From: an uncultured Synergistaceae bacterium
Lineage (GTDB): Bacteria > Synergistota > Synergistia > Synergistales > 79-D21
Length of the DNA stretch: 64,000 nucleotides
Reading direction: 5' to 3'
Assembly: GCA_964425765.1 (NCBI GenBank)
Contig: CAYRNZ010000001.1
Location: 19,082-83,081, forward strand
Shown: positions 51,809-60,926 of the stretch, one piece after another
How positions within the stretch are numbered: position 1 is the first letter of the stretch
How the letters are laid out: every line of letters starts with the position of its first letter
Notes under the pieces: model-generated
What the model saw: only the letters and a program-made list of their open reading frames with translations
The model's database searches: none
What the model was told of the DNA's origin: nothing
Program-made: the position numbers and the translations under genes

Positions 51809-52464
51809 TCGAGCCTGAAGACTACCGGGACGAGCAGGATCCGGGGTGCCTTCGGGTCGAACCTCCAGGCCCGCACCGCCGCCATGGCGGAGTTGTCCAG
51901 GGCCGGAAAGCCCGAGGAGGATCTTACGGAAACCTCGTGAACCCGTCCCTGGGCGTCCAGCCGGACGGCCAGGACGACCGTTCCGGATTCGCCTTTCTTC
52001 CTGGACGCCAGGGGGTAGAGGGGGTGTTTCCTGTAAAGGATGTCCGGAGCCGCTGCCTCGCGGGGGGTGTCAACCCGGGGTTCCTCCCTCGGCAGGGTTT
52101 CCCTCTCGAACCCGCCGTTGCCGGCTGCAGGCGGAGGGGTTTTCGGTTCTTCGACCGGCACGGGGCCGGCGGGAATTTCCGGAGAGGGAACCGAACCCCG
52201 GGGACTGGACGCGACGGGTGCCGGCTTTTTCAGGGGAACTTCCGGCCTGGCTGTCGGTTTGGGTTTGGCCGGTGCCTTGGCGGCCTGTTCCTGCGGAACG
52301 GCCCGGGGTTCAGGGGCGGCCGGAGGAGGCAGAGTGACCAGCCGGGCCTTCAGCACCGTCGGCTGCGGCTGAGCCCTGGCCGGGAACACCGCGTCGGGCA
52401 GCGCGAGCATCACGGCCGCGTGCGCGGCGAGGCTGAGAGCTGCCGGCAGGAGCCAGCGGTTCAA
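51805..52464 (-). CDS. tonB: TonB-family energy transducer
   Basis: 219-aa ORF. N-terminal TM helix, Pro-rich spacer (PPPAAPEPRAVPQEQ…KPKPTARPEVP), C-terminal TonB domain (GESGTVVLAVRLDAQGRVHEVSVRSSSGFPALDNSAMAAVRAWRF). Confidence 0.88.
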   Translation of the reverse strand: MNRWLLPAALSLAAHAAVMLALPDAVFPARAQPQPTVLKARLVTLPPPAAPEPRAVPQEQAAKAPAKPKPTARPEVPLKKPAPVASSPRGSVPSPEIPAGPVPVEEPKTPPPAAGNGGFERETLPREEPRVDTPREAAAPDILYRKHPLYPLASRKKGESGTVVLAVRLDAQGRVHEVSVRSSSGFPALDNSAMAAVRAWRFDPKAPRILLVPVVFRLE

Positions 52465-52847
52465 GGGGATTTCCCCCCTTCGAGGGCGAGCCCCACGTCC
52501 TTTACCCCGGCCGAGCGGAGCGCTTCCAGGATGGCCGCCACCCGGCCGTAGGGAACGCCCCTGTCGGCGGCGATGACCAATTCCCGTCCCTCTGAGGTGT
52601 CCCTGCGGGCGTGCTCCACCGCCGACCGGGTATCGACCTCGTTCCCGTCGTACCTGATCTTCCCGTTCAGGGGGATCTCCAGGACGACGGGTCGCCCGAA
52701 AAGGGCGGTGCCCTGGCCCGAGGGAAGCCGGACCGAAATCTGTCCCTGCAGCAGGGAAGCGGACAGGACGAAGAAAAGGACCAGCATGAAAAGGACGTCG
52801 ATCAGCGGGGTCAGGTCCAAGTCTGGCTGGAGCCTCCTACGGGACAA
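52461..52847 (-). CDS. exbD: ExbD/TolR-family protein
   Basis: 128-aa ORF; DLTPLIDVLFMLVLFFV TM segment plus a periplasmic domain. Confidence 0.88.
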   Translation of the reverse strand: MSRRRLQPDLDLTPLIDVLFMLVLFFVLSASLLQGQISVRLPSGQGTALFGRPVVLEIPLNGKIRYDGNEVDTRSAVEHARRDTSEGRELVIAADRGVPYGRVAAILEALRSAGVKDVGLALEGGKSP

Positions 52848-53709
52848 GGGGTTTCCCCCCTTCCGATGCGTTCAGCGCCCGTGCGAGAAGGCCGGCGGCC
52901 TCGAGGACCCTTGGCCCCGGGTGGAAGAGGGAGTCCGAGCGGACCTCCACCACGCGTCCCGTACGGATCGCTCGGAGCGGCAAACCCCGGAAAAGGGCGT
53001 CGAAATCCCCCCGGGTGGTGGCCATTCCCTTGCCGGCCTGTGCCAGCACCACGACGTCCGGGTCGAGGGACAGCACGGTTTCGCGGTCAACCTGCGGGAA
53101 GGAATAGACGATCCTCCGGGCCGCGTTCGGGATCGCCAGGCGGGTGAGGATGTCCTGGATATAGTTCGTGCGCCCCGCGACGGTTAGGGGATCGTGCCAG
53201 ACGACCACCAGCACCGAAGGCACGCCCCCGGGATGGGTCCCGAGTATCTGGCGTCTCCCGGCGTCCAGCCCCGTCCTGATCTTCACGACGGCTTTCTCCG
53301 CGGCCGCCTTCCTGCCGAGTTCCTTCCCGAGCGCCCTCAGGGCCGTGTCGACCTGGTCGAGGGACCGGTGCATCGTCAGGGAGAGTGTCCGGACGCCCAT
53401 AGCGGAAAGGCGCGCGAGGGTGGCGGAGTGAAAGGTCGCCTCCCCGATCACCAGGGTCGGCCTCACGGCCAGCACGCGCTCGATGGAAGGGGTGGCATAT
53501 CCGCCCACCTTGGGCAGGCGCCCCACGGACGGCGGGCTGTCGTCGTGTTCGGAAACGGCCACGATGGAACCCGACATGCCGATGGCGTCGAGCGCCTCGG
53601 TGATGCTGGGCGCAAGGGAGACGATGCGGAGGTTTTGGGCCCCCGGTGCGTCCCATGCCGGGTTTAGGCAGGCGATGACCAGCATCGCGGCCAGGAGGGC
53701 CTTTTTCAT
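52837..53709 (-). CDS. BtuF/FhuD-type (cluster A/8) periplasmic substrate-binding protein
   Basis: Real gene is the 3' 290 codons of track ORF 52837..54369. ATG 53709 overlaps the exbB stop (ATGA). Signal peptide MKKALLAAMLVIACLNPAWDAPGA. RIVSLAPSITEALDAIG…PKVGGYATPSIERVLAVRPTLVIG parallels E. coli BtuF (recalled). Confidence 0.82.
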   Translation of the reverse strand: MKKALLAAMLVIACLNPAWDAPGAQNLRIVSLAPSITEALDAIGMSGSIVAVSEHDDSPPSVGRLPKVGGYATPSIERVLAVRPTLVIGEATFHSATLARLSAMGVRTLSLTMHRSLDQVDTALRALGKELGRKAAAEKAVVKIRTGLDAGRRQILGTHPGGVPSVLVVVWHDPLTVAGRTNYIQDILTRLAIPNAARRIVYSFPQVDRETVLSLDPDVVVLAQAGKGMATTRGDFDALFRGLPLRAIRTGRVVEVRSDSLFHPGPRVLEAAGLLARALNASEGGKPLVP

Positions 53710-54359
53710 CCCGGGTGCTTCCCTACCGCGACGTCCGGGCCGCGAAGCAGCTTTTCGCGGACCAGGAAGTCGATTCCCCTGTGGAGGGTTTCCTCCTGGC
53801 TGTCGATGCGGGCCGTGAGGTAGGTGTGGCAGAGGATCACCGGGACCGCTACGGCCAGCCCCGCGACAGTCGTCAGGAGCGCCACCCAGATCCCGGAGGC
53901 GAGCTCCGCCATGCCTCCCGCGGCGGCCGGGGCCCCGGACACCGCAGGCAGTCCCCGGAAGGTGGACACCATGCCCAGGACGGTGCCCAGGAGCCCCAGG
54001 AGCGGGGCCACCCGCGCGATCGTGGCGAGGGTGCCGAGCCCCTTTTCCCAGCGGAACATCTCCCGCCGCAGCTGCTGTTCCATGAGGGCCCTGAGGGAAT
54101 CGGGCTCCGCCTGCCAGTGGGTGATGGCGATCTCGAAAAGCCTGTGGAGGGAGCTTCGTCCCCCCCTCACGAGGGCCGTGGCGGCGGTCTCGTCGCCCTC
54201 GTAAAGCGCCTTGCCCAGGGCGGTTTCGAGGGCCATGGGGTCTGTCGAGGCCCCCCGGAAGAAGAGCAGGCGCTCGACGACGATCGAAAGCCCCAGGACG
54301 GAAACGGCGGCGATCAGCCACATCAGGGGGCCGCCCAGTTTCATGTAGGTCAGGTTCAT
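53706..54359 (-). CDS. exbB: MotA/TolQ/ExbB-family proton channel
   Basis: 217-aa ORF with three TM helices and the conserved C-terminal …VAPLLGLLGTVLGMVSTF… segment. Confidence 0.88.
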   Translation of the reverse strand: MNLTYMKLGGPLMWLIAAVSVLGLSIVVERLLFFRGASTDPMALETALGKALYEGDETAATALVRGGRSSLHRLFEIAITHWQAEPDSLRALMEQQLRREMFRWEKGLGTLATIARVAPLLGLLGTVLGMVSTFRGLPAVSGAPAAAGGMAELASGIWVALLTTVAGLAVAVPVILCHTYLTARIDSQEETLHRGIDFLVREKLLRGPDVAVGKHPG

Positions 54360-54414
54360 CTCTTCTCACCGCTTTCGGTTCGACGTCGCCCTTGCGGCGT
54401 CATTATAGGGGAAC

Positions 54415-55392
54415 TCAGGCCGTCCGGGCCACGGAAACCGCCGTTTCCTCGAACAACTCGTAAAACGTCTCGCGCCTCGCGGGCGAGCCTTTTAGGGCCT
54501 CCAGAGAGACGATCCAGAAATCGAGGGGAGCGGAAGGGCCGATGAGTCGGTCCGCTACAGGGGCCAGCCATTCCGAGAGAAGGGAGGCCTCGGCCGCCGT
54601 CCTGGTGATCCAGACCCACCAGGTGACGGAAGACTGCTCCTGGGTGTCCGTGTCGAACCGTCCGGGCAACAGGATCCTCCTGGCGTACTCGAGGAAGGGG
54701 CGCAGTCTTGACAGGTCCTGTGCCGCCCGTTCGAGGAAGAGACCCGGGTCGAGACGGGCGGGTTCCGCGAGCCGCACCAGGAGCCGGTCGGTGTTCAGCA
54801 GCTTCAGGGAATCGCCGGGCGCCGATGCCTCGAGATAATACCGGTAGTCGTAGCGGTGGATGAAAAGCACGTCCAGGGGGAGGGCGCCCTGTAAGGCCCC
54901 GGTCCGTCCCGCCCATCGAGTGAGGCTTTCTTCGGGCGGCGCCGGCCGGTCCTGGCCTCCCCTGGGGAATTCGTCAGCGAAGGAAACCCAAAGCGGGTGC
55001 CGCTCGAGGGCTTCCAGTTCGTCGAAATTAGAGCAAGCAGGCAGGGTAGGGTAATAGGGCAGGAGGATTCCCGCCCGGGGGTCCTTGCTACCCCATGGAC
55101 TGTGGAAACCCCGATCCAGGCTCATGATGGCCTCCAGGGCGAAAAGGCTAAGGCCAGGATCTTCCGGCGACTCCCCAGGCGTGCTTTCGAGGAAGGATTC
55201 GGCCGCAAGGCTCGCGAAACGTCTCCGTCCTTCCGCCGTCAGGACATAGCCTCCCTGCGGCGTCCTCTGCAGGAGCGCCTGCCTCTCCAGCCGCCCGAGT
55301 CCTTCGGGGTCCTCTCCCGCCAGGCCTGCCAAAGCTTCGGACCAGCAGGGACGGTTCTTGTCGAAAAGCAGCAGCAGGCTCGAATCCTCCAT
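54415..55392 (-). CDS. hypothetical protein (325 aa), possible N-terminal winged-helix
   Basis: Start set at ATG 55392 (GGGAGAG upstream). No family recognised. The N-terminus (…LERQALLQRTPQGGYVLTAEGRRRF…) looks like a wHTH wing. Lies 55 nt upstream of exbB on the same strand. Confidence 0.55.
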   Translation of the reverse strand: MEDSSLLLLFDKNRPCWSEALAGLAGEDPEGLGRLERQALLQRTPQGGYVLTAEGRRRFASLAAESFLESTPGESPEDPGLSLFALEAIMSLDRGFHSPWGSKDPRAGILLPYYPTLPACSNFDELEALERHPLWVSFADEFPRGGQDRPAPPEESLTRWAGRTGALQGALPLDVLFIHRYDYRYYLEASAPGDSLKLLNTDRLLVRLAEPARLDPGLFLERAAQDLSRLRPFLEYARRILLPGRFDTDTQEQSSVTWWVWITRTAAEASLLSEWLAPVADRLIGPSAPLDFWIVSLEALKGSPARRETFYELFEETAVSVARTA

Positions 55393-55447
55393 CCTTTTCT
55401 CTCCCTTCACGTGTTAGATTAGTGGCGACCGACATGCACAGGAGGCC

Positions 55448-56707
55448 GTGATCGTGGCGCCATCCGTTTTCTGGTTATTGCTTTCCCTCGGGGTCATCGT
55501 CGAGACGTCCCTGTGCCTTAGGCAGTGGGGATGGCTCGACCGTATCGATAGGAGCGTTCCGCCCGGCCTCGTCCCGCTATTGCCCGAGGGTTACGGCTGG
55601 TGGCGGGGTGTCGCCTACGCCCGGGAGCGGCTCCGCGTCCAGTTGGGTTCCCTCCTGTCACGCTATGCGGGCATTGCGGTGCTGGTCGGTCAGGGGTGGC
55701 TGGCAAAAGCCGCAGGAATCGCCCTGGAAGCTTTCCCCGGGCCTTTCCCTTCCGGTTTCGCACTAGGGGGCGTCCTGGCGCTTTTCTTTTTCCTCTTCGA
55801 CCTCCCGTGGGGGTTCTACGAAACCTTCCGGGTCGAAAACCGCTTCGGGTTCAACCGCTCTCCCCTGTCCCTCTTCCTGCGCGACAGCCTCCTCCAGGCA
55901 GTGCTCTCGTTCGGGTTCTCCGGGGTACTTGCGGGTTCCGCCTCTTTCCTCCTGGGGTTACCCCGAGGGCTTGCCTGGGCCCTGGGGGGGCTCGCCGTCT
56001 TCGACCTGCTCCTGGCGACCCTGTTCCCGAATCTCGTCCTGCCCCTTTTCTACCGGTTGAGGCTCCTTCCCGAAGGGGACCTAATGGACAAGCTCGAGTC
56101 GCTTTTCGGGCGGACGGGTTTTCCCGCCTCCGCCCTCTTCGTGGCGGACGGAAGCCGAAGGTCCACACACGGAAACGCCTTCTTCATGGGGCTCGGCCGG
56201 CTCCGGCGCGTTGTCCTGTTCGACACCCTCGTGGACCGTTTCCCGGTGAACGAGGCTGCCGCGGTCGTCGCCCACGAGATCGGGCACTGGAAAAAGCGCC
56301 ATGTCCCGGCCGGTCTTCTGCTCATGTTCGCGTTCCAATCCAGTTTTGTCCTCTTCGCTTTCCTGTCCTGGCATGCCGGAGCCCTGTCCGGGTCCTTCGG
56401 GTTGCCCCCGGGCCCGGCGCCGTTCATCGTCATGGCTTTCCTCGCATGGTCCGCTGCGGCGGGGCTGGTCATCCAGCCCGCGCTATCGTCGGGTTCGCGC
56501 AGGCGGGAATTCGAGGCGGACCGTTTCGCCGCGGAAAACGAGGGCTCCTGCGCCATGATCGGGGCGTTGACGCGCCTCGCCGCGGACAGCCTGGCGTGGA
56601 CGCCTTCGGACTCCTGGTTTTCCGCCTGGTACGCCACGCACCCTTCCGTTGCGGACCGGATCCTGGCCCTGGCGGAAAGGGAGCCTCCTACATCCCCCGC
56701 AGGATGA
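55448..56707 (+). CDS. M48-family (Ste24/HtpX-like) membrane zinc metalloprotease
   Basis: 419-aa polytopic ORF, GTG start. Zinc motif AHEIGHWKKRH, a downstream E (REFEADRFA) and C-terminal THPSVADR. Confidence 0.85.
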   Translation: MIVAPSVFWLLLSLGVIVETSLCLRQWGWLDRIDRSVPPGLVPLLPEGYGWWRGVAYARERLRVQLGSLLSRYAGIAVLVGQGWLAKAAGIALEAFPGPFPSGFALGGVLALFFFLFDLPWGFYETFRVENRFGFNRSPLSLFLRDSLLQAVLSFGFSGVLAGSASFLLGLPRGLAWALGGLAVFDLLLATLFPNLVLPLFYRLRLLPEGDLMDKLESLFGRTGFPASALFVADGSRRSTHGNAFFMGLGRLRRVVLFDTLVDRFPVNEAAAVVAHEIGHWKKRHVPAGLLLMFAFQSSFVLFAFLSWHAGALSGSFGLPPGPAPFIVMAFLAWSAAAGLVIQPALSSGSRRREFEADRFAAENEGSCAMIGALTRLAADSLAWTPSDSWFSAWYATHPSVADRILALAEREPPTSPAG

Positions 56708-58184
56708 TCTCCCGGTCGGCAGGGTAGGTCAGGCGGTACCGTACCGTCAGTTTCTTCGTTTCCCCGGGCGCCAGCTTCAAGTCCCACGTGAGGATGCCGC
56801 GGTCGTCCTGTTTAGAGGGCTTGGGGTCCAGGGCCAGCAACTCGACCTTGATCTTCTCCTGGGCGCTGACGGGGATCCGGTCGAGCACCTTCACGGCAGC
56901 GGCCGTGCCGGTGCCGTTGGTAACGGAGACGGTGAAGGATTTTTCCAGCTTGCCCCGTCCCCAGGTCGTCCCCTCGCGGGGCACGGCTTCCTCGACCGCC
57001 GCGGTGACGAGCGGGACGCGGCCGAAAGCCAGCTTCAGGCTGTCGCCGCGCCCCAGCATGCCGAGGTGGGCCCTGCCCGAGGGCGACCCGTCAAGGGAAA
57101 GCTCGGCGGTCCCGGAAAGCAGGGGCCGGTCGAGCGACTTGACCTCGGCCGTCAGCCAGGCTTCCCGTTCCAGGGCGGGGATGACCACGACGCTGGTTTC
57201 GGAGGGGAGGCTGAAGCCCCCGACCGAAAGCCGGGACGGGGTCCCCTCGCCCGGTACGCGCCCGCGGGTCGTCAAGGAGAGATCGGTCAGGGTCTCCTCC
57301 TGGACGAACGAGCCTGCCTTGTCCGGGACGGCGGCCTCCTTCATCATCGATATCCCGGCGTTCCTCGGCTGTACCGTCTGGAAATCCGCTACCAGCGGAG
57401 GCAACTCGGGAGCCGTCACGGTGCGCCTCGGCTGGACCGTGTGCAGGACCACCGTTCCGTCCCAGTCCAGTCCCGTCCGCTGCTGGACACGGGCTTCCTG
57501 GCTGAAGGCCACCTTGCCCGTCCGGCCTGCCAGGTCGAGGGCGTAGGCCGTGTGCCAGGAGGCTTCCGGAGTCCAGATGGCCAGGCGGACGGTGCCGGAT
57601 CCGGAGGTCTTGATCCGGACCCTGTTGGCCGCCTCGTGTTCCGGGGGCATTTTCCCGGTCAGTTCGTTCTCCAGGCGGGAGAGTTCCGCCCGGGCTTTTT
57701 CCAGGGCCCGTTGGTTCTCCCTGGTTTTCTGTTCCACCTGTTCCCGGCGCTTCTCGGCCGTTTCCAGGAAGGCCGCCAGGTCCTGCGGCCTCCAGCTCGA
57801 AGGCACCGGGTCCTGGAGGTGTTTCGCGGTTTGCTGCAGCGAGGCGAGGCGCGACTCGAGGCGGTCCACCTCGGCACGGGCCTTTTTAACGCGGGCATCG
57901 AGCCCCGCAAGGGCGGGGGGGACCCAGCCCGTCCGCTGGATGCGGCTGGTCTCGACGGAAAGGATCCGGGTTCCCGCGCCGGTCACCCGGATGGACTCCT
58001 CCTCGAACGAGAGAGGGAAGTCGAAGGTCATGTCGGGCTGGGACTGGGCTTCGAGGGTCACGCGCGCCCCCCTCGGGTAGACGTCGGCGATCTTCACCAC
58101 CGCTTCCTGCGATAGGGCGGGTGCGGAAAAAGCGAACAGAAGGCACAGGGCCATTGCGATACGGTGCCGTTTCAAGGCGACCAC
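56688..58184 (-). CDS. secreted DUF4139-like protein (MuiA-like architecture)
   Basis: 498-aa ORF. Signal peptide (…LLFAFSAPALSQEA), an N-terminal beta region, a central coiled-coil (…RVKKARAEVDRLESRLASLQQ…ELSRLENEL…) and a C-terminal beta-rich domain. Family name recalled, not verified. Confidence 0.5.
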   Translation of the reverse strand: MVALKRHRIAMALCLLFAFSAPALSQEAVVKIADVYPRGARVTLEAQSQPDMTFDFPLSFEEESIRVTGAGTRILSVETSRIQRTGWVPPALAGLDARVKKARAEVDRLESRLASLQQTAKHLQDPVPSSWRPQDLAAFLETAEKRREQVEQKTRENQRALEKARAELSRLENELTGKMPPEHEAANRVRIKTSGSGTVRLAIWTPEASWHTAYALDLAGRTGKVAFSQEARVQQRTGLDWDGTVVLHTVQPRRTVTAPELPPLVADFQTVQPRNAGISMMKEAAVPDKAGSFVQEETLTDLSLTTRGRVPGEGTPSRLSVGGFSLPSETSVVVIPALEREAWLTAEVKSLDRPLLSGTAELSLDGSPSGRAHLGMLGRGDSLKLAFGRVPLVTAAVEEAVPREGTTWGRGKLEKSFTVSVTNGTGTAAAVKVLDRIPVSAQEKIKVELLALDPKPSKQDDRGILTWDLKLAPGETKKLTVRYRLTYPADREIILRGM

Positions 58185-58255
58185 CTCCTCTGGACAATGA
58201 TACCCGATGATGGCCGTCCCGCTATAATGGGGCGGAAGCGATTGGAGGGATGCCC

Positions 58256-59350
58256 ATGCTGGGTTGCGGGATCGTCGGTCTTCCCCTGAGCGGGAAAACG
58301 ACCGTTTTCAATGTCATCACGGGTTCGGGCGCCGAAGTGAAACCCTACGCGGGGGGCAAGACGGACCCCAACAGGGCGATCGTCGAGGTGCCGGACGAGC
58401 GCGTCGACAGGCTGACGGAGATCTTCAAGCCGAAAAAGAGGACCCCCGCCATGGTCGAGTTCGTCGACCTGGCCGGGCTTTCCAGGGACGCCTCGAGGGG
58501 GGCCGGCCTGGGCAACGCCTTCCTTTCCTTCGTTGCCGAGGCGGATGCCCTCGTGCACGTGCTGAGGGCCTTCGACAACCCGGAGGTGCCTCACCCCGAG
58601 GAAACGATCGATCCCTTGAGGGACTGGAACATCGTCGAGACGGAACTGATCCTGCGCGACCTGGGAGTGACCGAGACCCGGCTCAACCGCCTGGCGGCGA
58701 AGAAGCGGCTCCTGCCGGAGGAACAGGTGGAGGCCGATCTCCTGAAGGCGTGCCAGGATCACCTGTTGGAGGAGCGCCCCCTAAGGGACCTGCCCCTGAA
58801 GGAAGAACAGCTTCGCCTGTTGCGGGGGTTCACCTTCGTCTCTCTCAAGCCGGAACTGGTGGTCCTCAACCTGGACGAGACGCAGGTCCAGGACGAATCG
58901 ATCCCCGGGCTGGCAGGGTTGAGGGACCTGTGCGAAGCCAGGGGTATGCCGCTGGTTCGGGTCTACGGGCGCATGGAGATGGACCTGGCGGCCCTTTCCC
59001 CGGAGGAGCAGGCGGAGTTCATGGCGGACCTGCATGTCGAGGAGACGGGCCGGCGGAGGCTGATCTCGAAAGCCTTCGGGCTGCTGGGCCTCCAGTCCTT
59101 CTTCACCGTCGGGCCCGACGAGGTTCGTGCCTGGACCCTGAAAACCGGGGCGACCGCCGTGGAGGCGGCCGGGACGATCCATTCGGACCTCGCCCGGGGT
59201 TTCATCCGGGCCCAGGTCGTCCCGTACGGCGAATTCATGAAGCACGGGGCTAGCTTTCCCGCCTGCCGCGATGCGGGCGTCCTGAGGCTGGAGGGCAAGG
59301 AATACCCCGTCCGTGACGGGGATATCCTGGAGATCCGCTTCAACGTCTAG
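58256..59350 (+). CDS. ychF: redox-regulated ATPase YchF (Obg-family)
   Basis: Start set at ATG 58256 (GGAGGG 6 nt upstream). G1 GIVGLPLSGKTTVFN, DLAGL, and a C-terminal TGS-like domain (…LRLEGKEYPVRDGDILEIRFNV). Confidence 0.9.
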   Translation: MLGCGIVGLPLSGKTTVFNVITGSGAEVKPYAGGKTDPNRAIVEVPDERVDRLTEIFKPKKRTPAMVEFVDLAGLSRDASRGAGLGNAFLSFVAEADALVHVLRAFDNPEVPHPEETIDPLRDWNIVETELILRDLGVTETRLNRLAAKKRLLPEEQVEADLLKACQDHLLEERPLRDLPLKEEQLRLLRGFTFVSLKPELVVLNLDETQVQDESIPGLAGLRDLCEARGMPLVRVYGRMEMDLAALSPEEQAEFMADLHVEETGRRRLISKAFGLLGLQSFFTVGPDEVRAWTLKTGATAVEAAGTIHSDLARGFIRAQVVPYGEFMKHGASFPACRDAGVLRLEGKEYPVRDGDILEIRFNV

Positions 59351-59386
59351 AAGAAACGCCCGGTTTCCAACGAAAGGGGTGGTCTC

Positions 59387-60790
59387 TTGTCGACCCTGCA
59401 CGTGCTGATCCTCGCCGGGGGAAGCGGCACCCGCCTGTGGCCTCTCTCGAGGGAAGAGCTTCCCAAGCAGTTCCTGCCGCTGGTCGGGTCACGGACCCTG
59501 TTGCAGGAAACCGTCCTCCGCCTGGCCTCGATTGCGCGGAAGGAGTGCATACGGATCGTCGCGGGCCGGGAATGGCGAGCCCTGGTGAAACACCAGCTTC
59601 GGGGCATCCTGCCGGAAGAGCCGGATCCCGTGGTCATCGAGCCGATGGGTCGGAACACGGCGCCGGCCATCGCCCTGGGGCTTGCGGCCCTCAAGGAAAA
59701 GTTTTCCGCCTCCGACGACGACCTGGTGCTGGTCTGCCCCAGCGACCACCTCATCCGTGACCGCGGTGCCTTCGGAAAGGCCGTGTGCCTGGCGGTGAAG
59801 GCGGCGGAAGAAGGCTTCCTCGTCACGTTCGGGATCGTGCCTCGGTCGCCGGAGACCGGTTACGGCTACATGGAGTGCGAAGCGCCGCGGAAGTTCGAAT
59901 GCGCCCGGAGGGTTGTCCGGTTTATCGAGAAGCCCACCCGGGAGATGGCGGCCCAGTATATCGGGAGCGGACGTTTCCTCTGGAACGGCGGGATGTTCTG
60001 CTTCAGGCTGGGCCGGATGGCGGAGGAGCTGAAGGCGCACGCTCCCGAGATCGGCACCCTGTACGAGGCGGGACTGGCGGCTCTGGTTGGGGGATTCGAG
60101 GGGCTTCCCTCCGTCTCCATCGACTACGCCGTCATGGAAAAAGCCGAAAGGGTGGCGGCGGTGCCGCTGGAGGCCGGGTGGTCCGACATCGGCAGCTGGG
60201 ACGCGGTCTACGAGGCCCTCCCGACGGACGAGAGAGGAAACGCCCTGAAAGGGAACGCGCGCCTCATCGGGGGCAGGGACAACCTTCTTTACGGGCACGA
60301 CCGCCTCATCTTCGGCGTGGACCTGCAGGACATGCTGGTCGTGGACACACCGGACGCCCTGTTCGTGGCCCCGCGGGGCAGTTCGCAGAAGGTCCGGGAG
60401 GCCGTCAGGGAACTCCGGGACGAGGGGCGGAGGGAAGTCTTCGAAGCGCCGGTAAACGCCCGTCCCTGGGGGACTTACGAGACTTTGGGGCAGGCCGACC
60501 GCTACAGGATCAAGAGGATCGTCGTGGAACCGGGCGCCAGGCTCAGCCTGCAGTACCACCACCATCGGAGCGAACACTGGGTGGTGGTCAAAGGAACGGC
60601 CATGGTGGCGCTGGACGGCTCCGAGTCCCTGGTTTACGAAGGGCAGAGCTGCTATGTCCCGAAAGGGGTTCCGCACAGGCTTTCCAACCCCGGCAAGGTC
60701 CCGCTGGAGATCATCGAGGTCCAGAACGGGGAATACGTGGGGGAAGACGATATCGTCCGGATGGACGACGATTACAGGAGGGAGGGGTAA
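59387..60790 (+). CDS. manC: mannose-1-phosphate guanylyltransferase / mannose-6-phosphate isomerase (type II PMI-GMP)
   Basis: 467-aa ORF, TTG start. LAGGSGTRLWPLSR nucleotidyltransferase motif and a C-terminal cupin (LQYHHHRSEHWVVVKGTA). Confidence 0.9.
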   Translation: MSTLHVLILAGGSGTRLWPLSREELPKQFLPLVGSRTLLQETVLRLASIARKECIRIVAGREWRALVKHQLRGILPEEPDPVVIEPMGRNTAPAIALGLAALKEKFSASDDDLVLVCPSDHLIRDRGAFGKAVCLAVKAAEEGFLVTFGIVPRSPETGYGYMECEAPRKFECARRVVRFIEKPTREMAAQYIGSGRFLWNGGMFCFRLGRMAEELKAHAPEIGTLYEAGLAALVGGFEGLPSVSIDYAVMEKAERVAAVPLEAGWSDIGSWDAVYEALPTDERGNALKGNARLIGGRDNLLYGHDRLIFGVDLQDMLVVDTPDALFVAPRGSSQKVREAVRELRDEGRREVFEAPVNARPWGTYETLGQADRYRIKRIVVEPGARLSLQYHHHRSEHWVVVKGTAMVALDGSESLVYEGQSCYVPKGVPHRLSNPGKVPLEIIEVQNGEYVGEDDIVRMDDDYRREG

Positions 60791-60808
60791 CCCCCCTCCT
60801 TATTTTTT
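60780..60808 (+). terminator. rho-independent terminator of manC
   Basis: AGGAGGGG-taacc-CCCCTCCT followed by tatttttt. The TAA stop lies in the loop. Confidence 0.7.
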
Positions 60809-60926
60809 GCCTTTCCGTAGAGAACAAAGCGAAAAACTCTTGCCCGCGGTTTCCCTCTTGGTTAACATTAAGATAAATAAAGCCGGTTTGCTCCTGCGGA
60901 AACCGGAAAAGGAAGGGGGAGGTTCC

